64,000 bases of DNA from Octopus vulgaris (taxonomy: Eukaryota), in assembly GCA_951406725.2 (NCBI GenBank), contig OX597833.1, forward strand, positions 65,596,001 to 65,660,000. The letters are read 5' to 3'. The stretch's first letter is position 1. Each line of letters opens with the position of its first letter. This document shows positions 56,283 through 64,000 of the stretch, piece after piece. The translations under genes were made by a program, and so were the position numbers. The notes beneath the pieces were generated by a model. That model searched no databases, was not told where the DNA came from, and worked only from the letters and a program-made list of their open reading frames with translations.

Positions 56283-56625
56283 ATATGAATATATGCTGTC
56301 ATGCTGGAGCACATTTTGCCGAACCACTAAGTTACGAGGACGTCAACAAACCAACATCGGTTTCAAGCGATTGTAATGGCGGTAAGGGGCACAAACAGAG
56401 ATACAATAACATATACATATATATGTATGTTTATATATATATATATATATATATTTATATAAACACGACGGACTTCTTTCAGTTTTCGTCTACAAAATTC
56501 ACTCACAAGGCTTTCGTCGGCCCGATGCTATAGCAGAAGTCACTTGCACAATGTGCCACGCAGTGGGACACAGAACCTGGAACACGGTTGGGAACCAATC
56601 TTTCTATGACACAGCCATCCATGCG

Positions 56626-56715
<90 letters not shown>

Positions 56716-56716
56716 G

Positions 56717-56865
56717 TTGGAATGTACAGGAAAAAAACGAAGACAGGTGTATAAACAACAAGCAGGTGTAGTATTATTTGGACGCTCGGGACGGTGAGAA
56801 GGTCTTTTACGTTTCGAGCCTACGGTCGTCAGCAGAAAGGATCACGAGGTAAACAGAGAGAGAAT
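56717..56865 (-). mobile_element. Hammerhead-like repeat family copy
   Basis: The reverse complement reads cctttctgctgacgaccgtaggctcgaaacgtaaaagac. Confidence 0.65.
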
Positions 56866-57094
56866 ATATATATATATATATATATAGTCACCATATACAC
56901 CCACACACATTTCTTTTCTTAGCTCTTATTAGTTCTACTTACACATGGTACCAATTGTAAAAGGAGTTGCTTGAGCAGGGTGTGTGTGTGTGTGTGATTA
57001 GTTAGTCTTGTAAACAGAGCACGTAAAACCAATGAGATAAGTCATAAGACAAAAGACCTACCGACACTAGCCACGGTTTCTACCGACCGCCAGA

Positions 57095-57300
57095 TATTAG
57101 GGGAGAATTCCCGAAAAAATCACAAGACGAAGACAGGTGATGTAGAAAACAAACAGATGTATTAGTATAACGCTCGGGAATTGAAAAAGTCTTTTATATT
57201 TCGAGCCTACGCTCTTCCTCAGAAAGGAACACGGAAAGAAGCAAGGAGAGAAACAAGGAGCGAAAAAAATGTATGTAGTGGCTACCGATCTATCATGGCG
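57095..57300 (-). mobile_element. Hammerhead-like repeat family copy
   Basis: The reverse complement reads cttt-CTGAGGA-a-GAGC gtag GCTC-GAAA-tata-aaag. Confidence 0.7.
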
Positions 57301-57997
57301 ATTCTACTTTTGATGAAAAATCAGATATTAGGTCTGGGGTATAATGTCACCTACGAGGGGCACCGTCATAATCGAAGAATCTCAAACGAAAAACCGATAA
57401 AAGAAAAACAGAAATACTGAGAAACGAAGAGGAGCCGGTGACTTAACAAGTAAACCAGCATTCCGAACAATACTTTGAGGAATTCATTATATAATGCAAA
57501 ACAAATTCGGTAAAAAGGAAAGCGGAAGCAGAGAGAATAAATAAGAAAATAACAAAGAAAAAAATTTACTAATTTCTAACTCGGAAAACTGTAATATACA
57601 ATGAAAGATATATTGTGGAAAGTATTTGTCGCTTTTTAAGCTTTCAGCTAGATTGATATATTAGCCATTGTTCCTTCATTTTCTGGCGCTCCTAATAATC
57701 CGATAACACGACTTATATAATGACAGAACGTATATTAATAATAATTTCGAAGAGAGAGAAGAAAGCGCTTTTAGCTATATCATGGCCGTTTAATATTTGA
57801 CAGCGAGTGAGACTGAGAGAGGTGACTTGCAAATGAAATGCTGAATATGTCACTGTAAGCTGTCTCGAGAGGTTTGCTTCATCTTGGATTGTTATGAGGG
57901 ACTTGCATGGGATTTCTCACTGTCCTTACTGTAATTAATTACGTATATGTGAGTACGTACACACGCGCACTCACACATACAATACATCCATCCATAG

Positions 57998-58046
<49 letters not shown>

Positions 58047-58060
58047 TATATATATGTATG

Positions 58061-58116
<56 letters not shown>

Positions 58117-58249
58117 TAATATGTATGTATGTATATATATATAGTTAAGAGCTAAGAATGTGTGAGTGTTTATTAGCTGAGAATATTACAAGAACTACTC
58201 AAAAGATTATATTGAGTGCCTGTGAACACGTACACATAAAGAGATAATG

Positions 58250-58352
<103 letters not shown>

Positions 58353-58645
58353 ATGCAGTAGTAGCAGACGTAGTTTTAGCTGTACAAGAAGTTTGTACTA
58401 ATACATCTACTGTGTATATACATAAATCTATACATGCATATGAACACCTACACATAAATAGTATTAGTGGAAGTAGTATAAGCAGCAGCAGCAACCACAA
58501 CAGCAGCAGCAGCAGTAGTAGTAGTAGTAGTAGTGGCAGTAGTAGTAGTTAATCCAACAAACTCTCCTTGAATTATACTCGAACCAACGAACAATATTCC
58601 GACAAATTACCAAAATGGCGCCTTACGACTTCCTGCTATTAATGT

Positions 58646-58684
<39 letters not shown>

Positions 58685-59147
58685 CTTTCTCTCGCCCTCT
58701 CTTTCTCTCTTTTTCTCTCTGATATCTCACTCAGACCGCTACTGTTTATAGTCGTTCGGTGAATCTCGCCACTACACACACCGACCCCAGTACATGACCG
58801 GTACATAGTTTATCGAAAGGATGAAGGACAAATTAAACCCTGGCGGCATTTGAACTCAGACCGTAAAGACGGACGGAATGTCGCTAAACATTTTGCCTGG
58901 CGGACTAATGATGCAAGTTTAGGTCGTCTTTGTGTGAATTGGAATGCTATGCTCAAAAGGGACGTAATTCATGATTAGGTAAGAACTAAATTACCCAAGG
59001 GAGATAACTGTAATGGATCAACGGAATGAAGCTGCATAATTAAAACTTAAATTATGGCGTATTGAGTAAAATTACGTTAAATACTTAATTAAAATCGAGA
59101 AAGAATGGATGAAAACAAAGCTTGCGACATTGCTTTAAGAGTCGCTA

Positions 59148-59495
<348 letters not shown>

Positions 59496-59668
59496 TAAAA
59501 GGCTCTAAACCATTTTGTTCGTCGCACAATTGTTCTCAAGTTCTGTAACCGCCCCACCATGCGCATCGCCAGTACGAACACCAAAATCAACAACACTAGA
59601 GGCATCGCCAGAATCATCAGTACTACCATCATAATCACCAACACACCACGAGCACCGATACCAGCCGA

Positions 59669-59853
59669 CCAATATTTGGACCCGGAGATCTCCATTTCCA
59701 GCGACTTCAAGGACCACCTCCCAGTGGTGTCGGTCGTCAACGAAGAGCTCTCGACTACAACAAGACGACCAAAGTTTTTTTTCAAGGTCTGGGGTCTCCC
59801 GCCCCTAAGCCCTAGACCATCACCTAATCACCCTTACCCGTCTATTAGCTTAA
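59669..59853 (+). mobile_element. ~190-bp interspersed repeat (copy of 47335-47525)
   Basis: Sequence identity with the reverse complement of 47335-47525. Confidence 0.7.
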
Positions 59854-60797
59854 CAACCACAACAACAGCACCGATGCAAGGTCCGTCTGACTCACCAATT
59901 CCAACAGCACCAGCGCTATCACTATAACCACAACTGTTTACAATAGAAGCACATTGTCCAAGGGCCATATATCTTGTACAAGAAATTTCAAATCGATGAA
60001 ATCATGTGTTACTAAGTTCTCTTGATCCATAGAAAACCAAAGAGTCGGTTGAGCAAAGCAGATAGTTACACAGCGGGGCAGAAATAGCATTGTCGTCATT
60101 CACTTAAAAACTGCAAGAATGTAGACGTGATGGCCACAGTTGGGATGCCAATTATTATACATGTGTTAGCTTAATGATGGCAGGCTTGAAGCAATGTGGT
60201 GTCTAAACAAAACCAATTCGAGGTCAGCCATTGTATTTATCCATTTTCTCTTATATACATACATACATATATATATACATATATATATATATTTATGTGT
60301 GTGAATCTAAAATTTTTTTCTCTCTCTCACATGAGCGTTCCCCATTTCTCTCTCTCTTCCTCTCTCACTCTGTCTGTCTCTCTGTCTCTCTCTCTTCTTG
60401 CAACACCAAGTTTATGTACATTATTGGAAATAAAAGTTTTTGATGCTCTTTTGAAGAAAATATGACTGCAAGTCAGCTTTTAAATCAGTCTAGCGTAATA
60501 AATATGGTTATTTAATACGATTTGTCCAATGTCGCACTAAAAATAGGTCTGATAACGCCAGCCTGGCATGTGTCTTTGGAAACTTTGATATTGCTTTTCT
60601 CGTCAAATATGATTCATTGAGATAGTAGAATTGTCTGTTTAATTTAAGTTCCTGGCATTAATACAGCGGAAGAGGTGTTCATGGAGATTTTGGAATGGGT
60701 TGGAGGCGATTTGAGCCACAGGAACCGTTGTCTTCCTGGCATAAAACAGCAACTCATTTCGTGAATATATTGATGCTGTTATTATATAATGTATACA

Positions 60798-60882
<85 letters not shown>

Positions 60883-60901
60883 ATATATATATGCCTGTTT
60901 G

Positions 60902-60934
<33 letters not shown>

Positions 60935-61065
60935 ATATTATATGTAGGTACATATACAAAATGTGTCTATGTTTAAAATCTATGTATCTGTTTATATATA
61001 TCTTCACTATATATATATATATGTATAAAGTATGTATGTATGTATGTATGTATGTTATATATATT

Positions 61066-61096
<31 letters not shown>

Positions 61097-61862
61097 GTAT
61101 GCATGTATGTAATTATATATATATGTATATAATATATATCATATATATATATATGGTTGTATCTCTCTATATATATATGCATAGACACACATCTATCTAT
61201 ATCCGTACATATATTTACATGTAAGTATGTGTGCGTGTGTGTGTGTGCACGCGCGCAGAAAACAAAATGTAGAAACCTTGGTCGTGATACGTGTGAAATA
61301 ACGGAAAAGGAGAAAGCCAAAATGTTCGAGGCTGGAAATGAATTCAAGGCCAATGCAAATATTAATTTTCAAAAGTCATATTTATTGCATGACATGCACG
61401 CAATGCAATACAAATGACATATAGGCCTAAAGGGATCAGAATGAATTCATCTGGTTAGGGTACATAAGCAACAAATCACCGATCCTTCTTTTGGAAATGC
61501 TCCGTGTAGTAAGCATCTAGATATTTATGGAAATTTGTAAATTCAAAATATTCCGTTTTTGAAAATTAGGTAAAAAAAAATAATAACTCAAGAAATGCAA
61601 AAGAGGAATCATATAGGAATGCTAAATCTAAAACTGAGCCGGAAATATCCAATGTCACAACGAAAACCATCTACCTTTATACTTATTTCCTCACAATGCG
61701 TGTGTTCGAAAAGCTGAAAACAAGGGAAAGCGCTTACTATTAATACTGTTACTACGACTATAGTGAAAAGTTGGTGTTTGTAAGATATTATACCGTGTCT
61801 TTAGGTGCAAGAAACACCCTGGGTTATGAGTCAACTTCTCATTTCCCCATCATGATATATTA

Positions 61863-62428
61863 TTGGGTTGTCCGGAAAGTTCGTGCCGATTTATAGTAGC
61901 TTAACTTTCGTTTTATTTTAGAACATGGTTGAGTCCTTAAAATACGATTTGACTACACCTCCATTTATGGCACAGTTTAAGCTATCTTTTCGAGGAAGAA
62001 GGTTTATGTTCCTATAACCTGTGTTAATTCTGCAACCCTTTAAAATGGAAGATAAGAAAGTTCCTTTTCGGCACTTGATGCTTTGGGAACCAGACAAAAA
62101 TTGCCGCAGCTCGGCTGGAATGTGTTACCCCACCCTCCATATTCACCAGATATAGCTCTTTCGGATTTCAACTTATTCAGGTCTCTGCAGAATAGTCTTA
62201 ATGGTAAAAATTTCAATTCCTTAGATGATGTAAAAAGATACCTTGCTGAATTCTTTGCCATGAAACCACCTCAATTCTGGGAAGAGGTTATTTTCAAGAT
62301 AAAGGAAAGATGGAGACGCATTGTGCAACAAAATGGTTCATATTTGGTTGTTTAAAAATGTAATGGCAAGTATTTATTGACCTTTTTCTTTCCTTTAAAA
62401 ATCGGCACGAACTTTCCAGACAACCCAA
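61863..62428 (+). mobile_element. Internally deleted mariner transposon
   Basis: TIRs ttgggttgtccggaaagttcgtgccgattt / aaatcggcacgaactttccagacaacccaa; TA duplication at both ends. Confidence 0.93.
62045..62355 (+). pseudogene. Mariner transposase remnant (N-terminus fused out of frame to C-terminus)
   Basis: MEDKKVPFRHLMLWE followed by GWNVLPHPPYSPDIALSDFNLF..ERWRRIVQQNGSY* (mariner YSPDL-type motif). Confidence 0.9.
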
Positions 62429-62629
62429 TATTTCCTTGTTGTTGTTCTGTGTCTTACTTTGACTCTCTTCTGGAAAATTCTGTTCTGGTTTCTCTTTGTT
62501 AAAATTGTAAAACGTCTCAATAACCAATTCTGTCTGCTTCTTCGGCAGTCCTGTGGAAATGGCCGATATAGATTTTACGAAGTTGCGCTGGTGGTATTGT
62601 TGCTGATATTGGTTGATGTGGTGGTGATT

Positions 62630-63310
62630 GTAGTGGTTGTGGTGGTGGTGGTGGTGGTGGTGGTGGTGGTGGTGGTGGTGGTGGTGGTGGTGGTGGTGGT
62701 GGTGGTGGTGACTGAGGAGTGTCGATAATAATTCTAATTTTGGCATTGGTGCTGTTTGGTGATAGTGGTGTTATTGATGGTGGTAGTGCTGGAGGTTTGG
62801 GTGGTGGCGATGGTAGTGGTGCTCTGCTACTGCTGGCGGCGATGGTGATAATGGTGGTGGTGGTGTTAGTGGTGGTGATGGTGGTGGTGGTAGTGGTAGT
62901 GGTGATGGTGGTGGTGGTAATAGTGGTGGTGATGGTGGGGATGATGGTGGTGATGGTGGTGGTGGTGGTGGTGATGGTGGTGGTGGTGGTGTTAGTGGTG
63001 GTGATGGTGGTGGTGATGGTGGTGATGGTGGTGGTGGTGGTGGTGATAGTGGTGGTGATGGTGTTAGTGGTAGTGGTAGTGGTGATGATGGGGGTAATGT
63101 TGGTGATGGTGGTGGTGGTGGTGGTGGTGGTGGTAGTGGTGGTAGTGATGGTGGTGGTGGTAATTGTTGTGGTGGTGGTGGTGGTGTGATGATGGTGATG
63201 GTGGTGATAATGGTGGTGATGGTGATATGGTGCTGGTAGTGGTGGTAGTGTTGGTGGTGGTGGTGATGGTGGTGGTGGTGTTGGTGGTGGTAGTGGTAGT
63301 GGTGGTGGTA
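62630..63310. repeat. (GGT)n/(GAT)n compound microsatellite
   Basis: Directly visible. Confidence 0.95.
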
Positions 63311-63854
63311 GCAGTTGTGACTGTGATGTTCGTGACGTGGTGGGGGTGGGGGTAATGGTCATGGCGATGATGATAACGCTGCTTGTGATAAATGTGCTTC
63401 TAGTGGATTGCCATGTCTTTTTGTTTGTTTTTTCTTTGTCTTTTTTTAACCTGTGTTTCATTTACATTGTTCGAAAATATTTGGTGCGTGTTTATGGCTT
63501 CCAAGTTTGTTGTGAACAAATCTTCCATCACCTCCAGAAGAAGCCATTTTAAATCAGGAGAAAACAATCTATGAGATATAAAACACGTCCAACGATTCAT
63601 ACATTTCCGCTCTAAGGCTGGCGGCTTTATCGTTCTCAAACTCTTCGTTATTAACGTGATATAAAAAACAAAATACGGCCTTTTCTCTAAATAAAAACCC
63701 GAAAAATTTATTTATTTCCTGAAAGATGCGGTAAATAACGTTCGTTTCTTCTCATCCAACAGCAAAGTGTCGATTATGCCGGACAAAACAACAGCTACAG
63801 GTCGGACCGGACCGATTCCAGTACTTAACTAATAATTTATTTCAATAATAGTTA

Positions 63855-64000
<146 letters not shown>

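Overview
This is AT-rich eukaryotic (animal) DNA dominated by microsatellites and interspersed repeats. The repeat landscape resembles a coleoid cephalopod (octopus) genome; that is pattern recognition and has not been verified. No host protein-coding gene, rRNA, true tRNA or CRISPR array can be supported, and nearly all listed ORFs are microsatellite read-throughs. The real coding remnants are all from transposons: a 5'-truncated but uninterrupted CR1/L2-group LINE reverse transcriptase (38170-40204), a Tx1/L1-like LINE 3' end with a CCHC zinc finger inside (GATA)n, two R4/Dong-like endonuclease C-termini next to (TAA)n, and two internally deleted Tc1/mariner elements. Four tRNA-headed SINE families (labelled A-D here) are present, along with MITEs and Helitron-type ends. 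The most notable points are: (1) several unrelated short elements carry minimal hammerhead-ribozyme motifs with palindromic stem III, typical of Penelope-like elements; (2) different retroelements occupy different microsatellite types; (3) two SINE/LINE pairs share 3' tails within the window; (4) three independent SINE-B trimers are each bounded by one target-site duplication (TSD); (5) one SINE head carries three different tails.
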